64,000 nucleotides of DNA from Octopus vulgaris. Taxonomy: Eukaryota. A program made the position numbers and the translations under genes. The notes beneath the pieces were generated by a model. That model worked only from the letters and a program-made list of their open reading frames with translations, did no database searches and had not been told where the DNA came from. The DNA is taken from assembly GCA_951406725.2 (NCBI GenBank), contig OX597825.1, forward strand, positions 55,428,001-55,492,000, written 5' to 3'. Shown here in pieces: positions 40,899 to 53,345 of this stretch (its first letter is position 1; each line of letters starts with the position of its first letter).

Positions 40899-40936
40899 TT
40901 TTTCTGATGAAGGACTAGCATCCGAAACGTCAAAAA
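40899..40936 (+). ncRNA. Minimal type I hammerhead ribozyme, Penelope-like-element type
   Basis: ttttt CTGATGA a gga-ctagca-tcc GAAA cGTC aaaaa. Both conserved boxes are exact, with a 3-bp stem II, palindromic ACGT stem III, GUC cleavage triplet (40929-40931) and a U5/A5 stem I. Confidence 0.75.
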
Positions 40937-42304
40937 CTTTCTCCCTTCCTTTCAAATAATATTCTAATAACACTTATTAAAACTGATTTCATTTCTTATC
41001 TCTTTTATTTATTTTTTTTTTGTTCATTATGTATGGTACCCTGGTATTCATTATCAGTTACCCCACGCCATGCAAAGTGATTTATTGTACACACTGGAGT
41101 CTTGAAAAATGCAATTGGATCTTTGAAAATTTTAACAGTATTCATATAGAATTGGAAATTTTATCTAGGGCACCAAAATCTCTAATTTCTTCATGTTTAC
41201 ATGTTTTAAGCATCGCAGAATACAAATCTTCAAAAAATGAACAACATAGGGAGGCTACCCACATCTTCCCCTGTGAGTAAATTTTTAGTTTAGACCTCTT
41301 GGAAAATGTTTTTGCTTTATGCTCCTCATAATTTTGAAGAATCAATGTCAGATGTTAAAAAATATATATTTAAAAACATCTCTTTAAGTCAAAACTGTAA
41401 AATTACAAGAAAATGGTGCCGATCTCCCCACCACCACCACTCCTTTCCAAAATATTTTATCTCCAATGCTTAAAACAGATCTGAAGAAACTGCGGAGTTT
41501 GGTGCACTAGATAATTTCCGACTCTATTCTACAGGAATACCTTTATAATATAATAAAATAGCAGTTTATAATTTGAGACCATTTTATAACATATTTTACA
41601 AACCTTGCATCAAGTTAATCCAGCCATGCCGACCACATACAGCTACGACAGCCATAAATGATGCGCAAAACATCGAAAGATAAAGGAAAACAAAGAGTTT
41701 GTGGAACAATGTCATGGTTCTGTAGAAATATAGCAAACAGTGAACAGATGTTGAAACACCAGGTTTAACACAGTTCTCACAGTAGTAAGGGTACTACAAG
41801 TAACAACGAAACACATGATATCAGTATCATGGTAGTGGTTGTGTGGTGGTTTAGCCATAAGTTCAGTCTTGATTAAGATTTACAATCAGCGATAGCCTCT
41901 CTGTGACCATCACCTCTTTTTTTTTTCAGGCATAGTGTATCTAGGACTACATTATAGAAGAACGTCTTACATTTTGTAAAGTATTATGGTGTTATTTCGG
42001 AGAGAGTTTGGCTGCTTTATTTAGCAATTCAACCCACCGTGTAGAATTAAAGCCTTGTAATCACTGACGACTGCCAAACATACTTTTGGCTTTGCGGTTT
42101 AAGCACAAACTAGATCTCAAGGCCTTGGTAGGAACAATTATTCCTAAAACTGTATTTGTAATCTAGGCCTAAGTAAGTAGATGAAGAGGTCAATATACAT
42201 TATAACAAAATGAATGAGGTATTAGTAACGGACTGAGATGTTTGTGAAAATTTTATCCATATGGTGTGTATATATGTATATAAATGTGTGTGTGTGTATG
42301 TATA

Positions 42305-43138
42305 TAAGGGTACAATGGATAAATTGTCACCATTTTATATTTTTAATTTCATGCATGTGCATTGTTTTTGATTCTGTTGACTACACAGTATAGCAGGGTC
42401 AGTTGGGCATCATCTGTGAGAAAAAAAAAAAACCATAACGCAATTCACTCTGCCAGAAATTTTGAAACGACATGCTGTACTGCTTGGTATTCGTGCTGGA
42501 AGCTCCAATACGAATATTTCAGAGTGTTTGGGTGTCAATCTGAGGACATGTAGGGAGAGTGATAAAAATCAAACATCCAGTCAACATCAAGGTGTCTGGA
42601 GTGATCACTAGTGATGGTGACGTTATGTCTTGATTCATCTCCCCACACAGCCTCAGACTCAACACAAAGGCTTACATCAAGTGCCTTGAGGAGGTAATGC
42701 TGCCATGGGTCAAGAGGATGGCTGCTGGAAGACTATGTCTGGCAACAGGACTCTGCACCATGCCACACAAGCAGGAGAATCCAGTCATGGCTGCCAGACA
42801 ATTTCTGCGATCACATCATCCCAAACATTTGGTCACCTAACTCCCCAGACTGCAACCCGCTTGATTATTATGTGTGGGATGCACCAATGATGAACTGAAA
42901 GCAAGGATTATAGCAGCATTCACCAACTTAAACAAGGGAAGCGTCCAAAAGAGTTGCAAGAGATTCCGAAGTTGTCAAGAGGCCATGGCTGAAGTCAATG
43001 GCAATTGTATTGAATAAATTTACTCTTTAGTATTTCAAGATATTTTTATGCAACTTCGGTAAATATATGTGCTAAAATGAGATGTCAGTGTTATTAACAT
43101 TTTTGCATAATTTAAACGAGTTTATTCACCGCACCCTC
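42305..43138 (+). mobile_element. Internally deleted DD37D (maT-family) Tc1/mariner transposon
   Basis: Ends agggtacaatggataaatt / tttattcaccgcaccctc|TA. Peptide YVWQQDSAPCHT...WSPNSPDCNPLDYYVW has 37 residues between the last two catalytic Asp. Confidence 0.88.
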
Positions 43139-44052
43139 TATGTATATATAATGAGTAAATATTCAAAACTGAATATTTCTCTAGATATTATTATTATTAT
43201 TTGCGGTAAATATAAAGTGATTAATAACAACAACAGTATAGGTGGTTGCAGGCGTTAGATAGCTATACAATTAAAATTTGCATTTATCATAAGGGCACAC
43301 AAAGCACCTACCCTCTAGAAAGTTGAGTTAAAACCCTCAACTACCATTGACACTGAAAAATTCAACATAACAACAGCAGTTGGGAAAACGAGCAAAAAAT
43401 GACATATATCTCATGGATTCTCCCATCACTTCTGACAACGTATGAGGATTCTGCAATTCCTTACTGAACCACCACATACTTGATTTGTTTATAGTGATCA
43501 AATGTTTTGAGTTCACATAAGTTCACCCCCTCCATCAAATCGACATTATCTGTCAGATGACGAAATGATCGTAGAGCAACGTGAAATGAAGTGCTTTGCT
43601 CAAGAACACAACGCAACGCCCGGTGTGGGAATTGAAATCACGACCTCGCACTAAGACATATACACATAAAATTACGTATCCTATTTATTAAGGTGCCCTG
43701 ATCTGACTAATCGAAACTCCTATCAAACACGGCTCCATGTGGTTTACCGTCGCGAAATAGTTCATGTAAATTTTTCTTAGAAAATACAACGATTTCCCGT
43801 AATTTCATAATAAACGCTATGTGACGCATCATTGTGTCCAATATGTAAGTGTACATATACTTAATATTTCATGAAAACCGTATGTTTTATATCACATGAA
43901 AACAATCACGTTTATGAGAAAACAACAGTCAATGATGCACGAAATGAGATTCGTAAATAGATTTTCACGATCTCTAAATTTGTTTCGTCACACATGCTCA
44001 ACACGACACGGTGTAAATAATAATTGCTAATTCCACACTGTCGCCTCAGTCT

Positions 44053-44200
44053 CTACTTGGCGAGCATCCAGCATCTTCCAATAGTCTGTGTATGGACGCT
44101 GTCATCATTTGGATCAACAAAATTGAGGGAATGGTTGACGACTTTGTGAGTATAGAAGTTGCCGAGACCTACATGGGAAGCACAACCGTCGGATATCGAA
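44053..44200 (-). mobile_element. Merlin/IS1595-like (ISXO2 DDE) transposase remnant
   Basis: YTHKVVNHSLNFVDPNDDSVHTQTIGRCWMLAK matches the H..VNHS.NFVDP...HTQ.IE..W..K signature. Confidence 0.8.
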
Positions 44201-45221
44201 CGCATTTCATGAAATCTTAGTACGCCACTGTCGTCACTTCCAGTTTCTATCACGATATACTTTCATTTTTAAAGGGACAATTTAATTTCAGTATTTTACA
44301 GCGATAAAATGCATGTTAACCTGTCTTTTACTTGTTTCAGTAGTAGACTACGATCATGTTAGGTCACCACCTTAAGAGTTTAGAAGATCAAAGTGACTCC
44401 AGGTGTCCAAGCAATGGGTTGAGGAAAAACACTAAGACACACACATAGACGAAGGGCATGTATATCTGACAGCCCTGCCTAATAGGAACTGGTGACAGTG
44501 TTTCCATAAGAAGGATCATGAGGAAGTGAGCTGTCATAAAATAGACATGCAACCATTAATAACACTTAAAAGGGGGAAATAGGCTAGATAATGAATTTTA
44601 AAATAGATAGGTAGAGTATGAAAAAAAAGGATAGTTACTAATAGAATAAAAATTCATAAGAAAATTAAAATAGAATTTAGGTTGAAAAGCGAATAATCAC
44701 GAGGAATGTTCTTATGTTTAAACGGTTTCGTTCAAGGAGAAAGCGAGAGTAAAAAAAAAAATTTTTTTCTACATAATATGAATTTCAAACAGGTAATAGA
44801 TATGAGGAAAGTTCTTAACGCTAATATTAATCCTTGTACTTTATAGAACTTAGAACGATGACAGCTGACATTGGCGAGATTTGAACTTCAGAACATCAAG
44901 AAAAATTACTAACAGCGATTCTGAAATTCAATCCTATCAAATGCAATGTCGTGCTGTGGTCATCTATCAAAATACTGACACCATTTTAACAGCCGGAAAA
45001 AGAGAACATGTTAACCGATTCACTTGCCTTTTATAAATTGCGTTGACAACTAACCCGTAGAATCAATTCGTTTGTTTGGCGACCTTTAATATTCACACAC
45101 ACACATAAAATAACGAAGGTGGATAGACGCAATATAAAACCAAGATACATAATTATTTTATATATATATATTTAATATAATATAAATAATATATAAATAT
45201 ATGCATACATACATACACATA

Positions 45222-45291
<70 letters not shown>

Positions 45292-45295
45292 TATA

Positions 45296-45466
45296 TGGGT
45301 ACAGGACATCAAAATAACGTTGAACACAATGAGAAACGAAAACATGAAAAAAAAAAAACAGGAAACGAACTTTTTTTAGAATGAAAAAAAAAACCCAGAG
45401 AAACGAGACATGCAACATAAAGAATATTCCCCTTCATCAGTTGTCCCTGTTCCATCTACTCCGCGT
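45296..45466 (-). mobile_element. Penelope-like terminal fragment in microsatellite, retaining a CTGATGAAGGGG box
   Basis: Minus strand ...gggacaaCTGATGAaggggaatattc (box at 45434-45440). Truncated, with no complete hammerhead. Confidence 0.4.
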
Positions 45467-48400
45467 ACATAAAGCTAGCTTCCCAACCATATGGTTTCCG
45501 AGTTTAGTCCCACTTGCACCTTGTGTTAGTGACTACTCTAGCTTCGGCCCGACCAAAGCCTTGTGAGTGGATTTCCTAGACAGAAACCGAAAGAAACCTA
45601 TCGTGTGTGTGTGTGTGTGTGTGTGTGTGCGACTTTGTGTCTGTCCCTCACCGCCGCTTGACAATAGGTGTTGGTGTGTTCACGTCCCCACAACTTAGCG
45701 GTTCTGCGAAATAAACCAATAGAATAAGTGCCAGGCTTAAAAAGACTACTGGGGTCGATTCATTTGACTAAAAATTCTTGAAGGCAGTGCCCTAGCATGG
45801 CCGCAATCTAATGATCGAAACAAGCTTTTATTTATATATATATATAGTGAATCTGCATCGTTCAGTAATGAAGACCCAGGTCCAGGTGTTCAATCAACTG
45901 AAGTACCTGTACCTGAATTAACACGTAGGTGGATACAGACTGGTGTACCGTAAGTGTTATTCTCAGGCAGAATCAGAGCGACGCAGTTTACGGCAACGTT
46001 GTACCTTTTGAATTGCGGGTACAATCCACTCGACGTGCTTCTTATACAGTTTAAGTCCACCCAGGGTTGACTCGAAGCTATAGAAAATTACATTTGCTCG
46101 GGGTACTACTACACAATGGGATCGAACCATTGAAATCGTGATTGTGAAGTAAACATCCAAACAATTCAATATATATATATAATACACACACACACACAAT
46201 ATATGCATCTCTCTCTATATGTATGTGTGTTTTCCCTCTCGTCTTTTCCCACCAAACTTTCTCCAAATCTTTATTTCAAAAGATCAAAGATTCAAAGCTA
46301 ACGGCACTGAAGTCCCTGCTGAGACCTTTTCCGATCACACGGAACTTGCATTTGCTTTTGACACGGCTTCATCATTAACAAAACGAACCGATTCACTTCT
46401 AACACGGTCACTGAATCCCTTTCCATGTAACATGGTAAAGCTTGGCTCCCTACAGAGACACAAATACTTGTTGTTCCTCTTCATTACCATTTCTCATAGA
46501 ATCACACATTGTTATTCAACACATGCCAACTCCATTAAATTCTTCGACTGCTTCCCCTCCTCTTTCTATTGCTTCCAGAATTTGCTTCTGCGAAGTCCAT
46601 TCTAAAACATAAATTCTATTTTAGCCCCAGGTCAAGCCTTGATTGAACAGATATATTATCGAAGACAATCCACGACAATCTCACCTTATTCAAGTCTTTT
46701 TTTTTTTGTTTAAGGTTTGAAGGGAATTTGGCTGTTATTTCTAACATTCTATTTCTAGCAAGAAACCAGATATTTCTAAGTGTCTAATGTTAGAAAATTC
46801 ATGAGAAAAAAAAAAAGGGGTAGTAATCAAGCGGGGAACTTAACAGGGCATTCTTTGATTATAGCGTTCCACTTTCTTAAATTCTAACTGGCATCAGATC
46901 GATGGTATCCAGGATCGTCACCCTCGATGAAGCAATGGGCACTTTAATATTTGAGAACAATTCGCAGCATACATAAAGTAGTTTGGGGTCCCCAGACCTG
47001 TGCTGGCCTCAGGCATTTGCACATCATGTTCGCGACAGCACTGATTGGAGTCAGAAAACTCCTTGATGTGGGCAGCTTGTTCATCATGAAAAATATTTGT
47101 AGTCACAAAAATTGTTGTATTGCTGTGGTTCATTTTTTTAAAAAAGTTGTTGAGAGGAAAATGTGAATGTATCGAATCGTTCAGAACTTTTATAGCTGTC
47201 CATAGTAATGTTGTTAAGGCAGAAAGGGGTGTAAATATTAAGAGATTTGGTTGCGGTTTTTAGCAGGTCGAACAACCACATCAAAGACAACGGAATTTCC
47301 TTAGCTTGGCATGTTGAGAAATTTCTTCCTCATCGGAGTGTTGCATATATTTTAATCGGTTGGCATGCAGTTTAAAAGTTTTTAAAAAAATGACTGATAA
47401 TAACGAGTGTGGAACAAAAGCCCCATAGTTCAAGTGTGAAAGTGGACAAAGGCCCCACGGTTATATTTTTGGATTAGTTTTTCATCTTTTATTTGTTTCA
47501 GTCATTAGACTGCGGCTATGCTGGGGCACCGCCTTGAAGAATTTTTAGTTGAACGTAACGACCCCAGAATTTTTTTTTCTTTTTTACTTGTTGCAGTTAT
47601 TAGACTGTGGCACCATCTTAAAGAACGACCCCAGAATTTTTTTTAGGATTTTCAACCAGCGCATGAAGTTAAGCCTAAAATGTATCTCCACATGCTAGAA
47701 ATAACAGCCAAATCTCTTGAAATTTTTTTTATAACACCCTCAGTTTTTTTTTATTTTCTAAAAATCGTTTCAGTCATTGGACTGCGGCCATGCTGGGGCA
47801 CCAGCTTGAAGAGTTTTGGGCCGCAGAAAAATCAGCATTTTAAAATATATATTTAAAGTCTTTTGTTTGTTTTCTCTCAGCGCTTATAGATTCATGAGAA
47901 TTAGTTGACCTTTTGAAATTTCTCTGGCCGTTGAAGGTCTAACAGAAGGCTAGTCATTCAAACGTACTTCTTATCGTTTGCCTAAAATAGGGAGGAAAAC
48001 ATGTCAAAGACATGTGTAATATTTACTTTCATTTTATGTGTGTGTGTATATATAGTCATTCAAACATGGTTCCTTTCGTTTTTATGTTTCTACACATTTC
48101 TTCTCTTTTGTTAGAACTCAGACAATATGTACATCGGGTAGTAAAGAGTCTTGTGTTCTGTTATTGATGTTAAGGTTGATTTATTTTCATTTTCAAACTT
48201 CAAAATTATTCTAAAAACGAGGATAATAATTGAAGCACTTGACACCGTTTTTCGATTGAATATATTTTGTTCACTTTAAAATTGGAATTTTAGGAATTTT
48301 TTCTTTTTGAACAAACGCGATTTCCGTTCTTATTTACGTGAAATTATGAAAAAGAAATTGTAAGATTTGGCTGTTATTGCTAACATGTGGAGAGACCTTC

Positions 48401-48650
48401 TACGCTTAACTTCTTGCGTTGGTTGAAAATCATCTAGAAAAATTCTGGGGTCGATACAATCGACTAAAAATTCCTGAAGGTGGTGTCCCAGCATGGCTGC
48501 AGTCTAATGATTGCAACAAGTAAAAAGAAAAACAAAAACGAATTATATCACAGAAGTGGTTTTGATCAAGCTTTAAAAAATTCTGGGTTCCATACAGCCA
48601 TCTTCAAGGTGGTGACCCAGCATGGCCGGCCGCAAAAGTAAGAAAAAAAA

Positions 48651-48890
48651 GGTTAATGTTGACATTAGTACCCGGAAACGAAATCGAAAAAAAAATAGTG
48701 CAACGGGTGTAAAAAAAAAAAAAGGTGGAGGAAACGATTATGAAAAAAATTCCGGGAAAGCGATGGAAGAGGAGAGGCCTTCGGAAAATTCACAAGATCC
48801 GATGTTTTTCCACCGTAACTTTGAGGAAAGTAAATCACAAATTAGGCTTTTCCTCAGGAACTTAGATGAAGGGTTCGGGTCCTTAATTCT

Positions 48891-48942
<52 letters not shown>

Positions 48943-49370
48943 GTAGAAGGACCCGAACCCTTCAAAGGGATGTTTAGCATCTAAGTTCCTAAGGAAAAGC
49001 CTAATTTGTGATTTCAAGACGATTATATTTTCCTCAAAGTTACGAGGAAAAAACTCGGATCTTGCGAATTTTTCGAAGTGCTCTCCCCATCCCACCCCCG
49101 GAAAAGATTTTCCCCACAAATTTCTTTATAATCATAATCTATACCATTTCAAAGGTATTTATATAAACTTTCATTCAAAGGAACCCATTTTCCTAAAAGT
49201 TATGAGGGAAAAACATCGGATCTTGTGAATTTTCCGAAGGCCTATGCCCCACCCCGTTGCTGTCTCGGAATTTTTGATTCCATATTCGTTTCCTACACCT
49301 TTCTTTTTACACCTGCTGCACAATTTTTTTTTTCCGATTTCGTTTCCGGGTAATAATGTCAACATTAGCC
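48651..49370. repeat. ~720-bp fold-back (imperfect palindrome) centred on a (TA)n tract
   Basis: ggttaatgttgacatta.tacccggaaacgaaatcg...aagggttcgggtcctt..ctac (TA)n gtagaaggacccgaaccctt...cgatttcgtttccgggta.taatgtcaacattagcc. The right arm carries an internal duplication (~49030-49100 versus 49187-49250). Confidence 0.92.
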
Positions 49371-49399
49371 AAAAAAATTCTGAGGTCGATACATTCAAC

Positions 49400-50080
49400 T
49401 AAAAAATCTAAAAACGAAAAAATAACCGAAAAATATAACAGTGGGGCTTTTTCTTAGGAAGCTTTGGTCCGGACCCCTAAAGTAACGACAATGACATCCT
49501 ATAATTTCATAAAGAGAACGAGTGAAATTCTGCCTTTTTAATAACAAAACCCTCTTTTCGTCGTGTCCAGACACCTACTTTCATTGTATCTTTTGGAGAT
49601 ATCTCAAATATTTCAGAAATAGCAACTGGGGTACACCATAACCACCGTACTTTACCCTGCAGAAATGTGATGGTTTTCAACGTATAAAAAAAAATGAAAA
49701 ATTAACCTTTTACTTTTAGGTAAGCTTAGACAAGTTTTTTTATCTGATATTACTGAGAGTTTTTTTTAATATTATTTTCTGAAACAATCTTGTGTTTTAT
49801 AAAAACCGGTGGGCGATGTTTCGCATGTCGTAGCACAAGTTTTCCGTCGATTTCCGTAAAAAACTTTTATTTTTTTACATAAGTAATGAGAGCGAAAGAG
49901 ACTAAGAGAAAGCGATTTTATGACGAGGAAGTATCTCTTTGAAGTTACCGTCTAGGGGAAGCATTGATGTACATGTGTGTGTGTGTGTTTGATGGGGTGT
50001 GGGAGACAGACAGTATGTTGTGTAAGTGAAGTGCTTCTGTTAGTGTGTGTGAAGAGACAGAGAGAGTAATGTGTGAAAGA
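49400..50080. promoter_or_regulatory. Candidate promoter / first-exon region
   Basis: Unique, CpG-retaining sequence in the middle of the CpG-rich domain. ETS-like ttccg/ggaag motifs at ~49840-49935, pyrimidine initiator-like ctcttttc at ~49552, splice signals on both strands. Direction unresolved. Confidence 0.35.
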
Positions 50081-50086
50081 GAGAGA

Positions 50087-50293
50087 TAACTGATTTTTAC
50101 TCGGTGTGTGTGTATATGTATGTATGTATGTGTGTGTGTATGTATGTGTGTGTGTATGTATGTATGGCCGATTCATCGTAATTACAATGAATCGGCCATA
50201 CATACATACACACACACACACACACATACATAGATACATACACACACACACACATACATACATATACACACACACCGAGTAAAAAATCAGTTA
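50087..50293. repeat. 207-bp loopless palindrome whose arms contain (TG/TATG)n and (CA/CATA)n microsatellites
   Basis: taactgatttttactcgg-(microsat)-tatggccgattcatc-gtaattac-aatgaatcggccata-(microsat)-ccgagtaaaaaatcagtta. Confidence 0.95.
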
Positions 50294-51499
50294 CTTTGCC
50301 AACCGGTGGTATATCACAGAGATTTTATTGTGAAGTAAACTACAAAACAATAGAAGAAAAAAAATTTCAATTTTAGCCCCTAAAATGTTCGATATTCAAA
50401 CATAAGCTTGTCGCAGTACAATATCAAACTAAATGATTCTTGTTTGATAAAGAAAACGTGGTACATTATAATCAAAGATCGGCCCTTTTATTGAAATATT
50501 CCTACGAAGAAGCTTCTGGATGATAGCACAATCTGCTAAAAATAGCAGCCAAAATATCCCTCCAATGACACTCTCGGTGTCTTGAAAAAGAAACCACCCA
50601 GATATTGTGGTCATGGGTACATTATGACCGGGTGGTGGTGGAAGGAATGGCGCGAATCATGGGTTGGAATATCATTCATCATATATTTTGTTCAATACAG
50701 GACTGACCTTGGGCTAAACAGCAACGATTATTTAATTTATCGATCATTGAAGGATGAAAAGCGACGTTGATAATGGCGGGATTTTACAATCTACAATTTA
50801 GAATATTGATTTCTAAATGAGGGTTGATTAAGATAAAATAACAGTGATGTACTGGGTCGATATATTCGACTCCTCCCTCCTACACAAGAAGTATTTGTGG
50901 TTATTTGACTATGTTTTGGAAATCGATAGCCTAAGACAGCGACAGTGAACCGTTATAACCTGGCATGTGGAAATTTTAATTATTTAAATAACACAGTTAT
51001 TGGAATATCACTTACGTGGAGACGTTTTATTTTAATATTAGCTAAACGGACTATTTTCTCTAATGTATTTATGAAAATTAACAGTTAATGTCTATTGAAA
51101 TTTCAAAATATAATTATGACAAAACCCGTCGTTCAGTTTAATGCCATCACCCACCACCCTGGTTACCTTACACACACACGAGGCGCGGGTGGGGGAACTA
51201 TGAGGAGTTTTTTCTGCATTTTTGACCGAGGAAAAAAATATTTTTTACAAATCTCCACTAACCTACGAAACGTTATATCAGCTAAGCGAATGACCCTCCT
51301 TAAATGCATTAAAAACCCTGTGACAGATTCAAACCATTTTTATTTTTATATATGACATAAACATGTACATCTTTTAGAACATTGTCATTGTATAAGATTT
51401 TGCTGGCAAATTCTTTCATTAACATTTATTTACATGGAAGAAAATTACCGGAGAACTTTCATCTAATTCTTCCAAATCTTTCTGTTAAACTGTGGGGAA

Positions 51500-52126
51500 T
51501 TTTTTTTTTTTTTTCATAGTAACTGGTCGCATGCCACAAGGTTTAACGGAATCTACTGAAGCAAGCCAGCATGCTTGCAGCATTACCACGGGCGTTGGCG
51601 AAGCTAAGGAATTTGGAAAGCCAAGTGCTGTCTTGGGCATCATCTGATACATCGGTGAGGCGAGCAGCCAACGTTGACAAAAACTTCGCAGTCAGTGGTT
51701 CAGTCCCTCCAAATGTCTCAAATGCCACAGGCTGGAAGAGACAGTTCATTGTCAGGTCCCGATACTTCAGGGTTTTCTTCCGTTCGGCTACGGAAACAGT
51801 GACTCTCCCATTAACTGCAGCATCCGGGATGTGCGAGGGAGCAAAGGAGTCGCAGGCTGTGGCGTCCCAAATGAGGCACTTCTAACACAGGAACAGAGGG
51901 TAAGACCATATGGTCTCTTTCCATCACTTCTAAATAACCCTGATGGCTCCAGAACTGAGGGGATATTAATCCGAGCCATCCGCTTAATTATTAAGTTTAG
52001 CTCGGTGTGACGAGCGAAGCAACAAACAGTGAAGACTTGTGGGGTTGAGAGGCCTACCACAGGGGCATCTAAGTCCCCTACAGACGTCAGCTCCCACTCC
52101 GAGTGCGATGGAGATGCGGAGTTCAT
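51500..52126 (-). mobile_element. CRE-like non-LTR retrotransposon 3' fragment (restriction-like endonuclease) with poly(A) tail
   Basis: [11 protein letters not shown]...[18 protein letters not shown](Y)GLTL / [15 protein letters not shown] / FQPVAFETFG...ARGNAASM across frameshifts. T-run at ~51500-51514. Confidence 0.85.
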
Positions 52127-52196
52127 CTAGACTGAAAAATACAGAACAGCACTACTTACAATGTTGCATCATGATGCAAAGTCGTCACTCCTTGCA

Positions 52197-53345
52197 TTAC
52201 TTCACAGTAACGTAGTAAATAAGCTTGACTAATAAGAAAAGAAAAATTCTTTTAGTAAAACCTTTCGATAAGTGAGTTAAATATCTTCCTGCTTCTCCAT
52301 TAATTTTTAACAGAAATGTTTCTTCGAGAGTATTACATGGTAGCCTTTCTAGACGCTGATAGGGTTTTATCCCTTTAAGCGCAGAAAAAGTTCGCTCAAA
52401 CGACGGAGTTGAAATTGGTAAAATTAAGATCAATTTCATTAATTTGTGGAAAACTTTCATGCATTTCATTTTTCAACATATTTAAGGCGCTTCGCCAAAA
52501 TTTGAAGCCAATAGTTTTAGCAAAAACTTTTTCAAATATTACAAGAATACCAAACAGTTCCGACCCAAGACTGGCAAAAAATGAACGAAAGTCAATTGTT
52601 TAGAGATTGGAATGCATAAAAAAAAATTCTTTTCTACATTTTAAGTAACTGAAATTATTGTTTTATAGATACAACTTTCAAAATTCTAATTTCGTTTTCC
52701 CCACAAACTTGTGATGCTTAATTTTTTTCAATCATTGGAAGGTACGATGGGGTGGTGGTGAGGTTAGGAATTTTTGTTTTGTTTTAAACGTGAATTCCAA
52801 ATGTTTCAGAGTGCTGTAGTCATTTTATAAATTACTAAAACCACTGAAAAAAATTGTACCAGTAATTACTGGCGGTGGGATATTTAAAATATATGGTTTT
52901 CAAAATTTTTCCCTTGAAAAATCTGGATTACATGCGTTTCAGAATATGGAATATAACACGGAGGGCGTGTTTTAATACTGATAGCTATTGTGAAGATACG
53001 AGTGGAGAAGGAGATGGCATTTTAAAAAAATTATAAATTTTCATAAAAATTTTCATAAGAAAGGCACCTGCCATCATTTTAAAGTACCTGGTACATAAGA
53101 AATTAGGCGAAAATGGACAAAATGCAATTAATTTGGAATAGCTATTTTGGCACTCTGCCATGCTTTACAATATTGGTTTTGGCGAAAACAATACAAGAAT
53201 ACCAAACTCAATTCCGACCCGAGTCGGGCAAAATAAAAATAAATGAATAAAAGTTTATTTTTTAGAGATTGTAAAGCTCTCTCCCTCCCTCTCGGAAAGC
53301 AATTTTGTATAATATACATATTTTGCACTCTTCGTTCGATCAAGT
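52197..53345 (-). mobile_element. Decayed hAT transposase C-terminus (dimerisation domain), partly duplicated
   Basis: KLILILPISTPSFERTFSALKGIKPYQRLERL matches LP.ST...ER.FS.LK.IK...R.RL. Segment 52485-52615 is similar to 53150-53280. Confidence 0.75.

Noticed and set aside
46219-46605. 128-aa + strand ORF
   Set aside because: No recognisable domain. The opposite strand has a broken RTE-LINE-like phrase (MLHGKGFSDRVRSESVR, compare DRVRNE.IR), so it is more likely an old LINE relic.
48622-48984. Lys-rich 120-aa ORF resembling an NLS-containing protein
   Set aside because: It is made of A-runs in the fold-back arm plus (TA)n.
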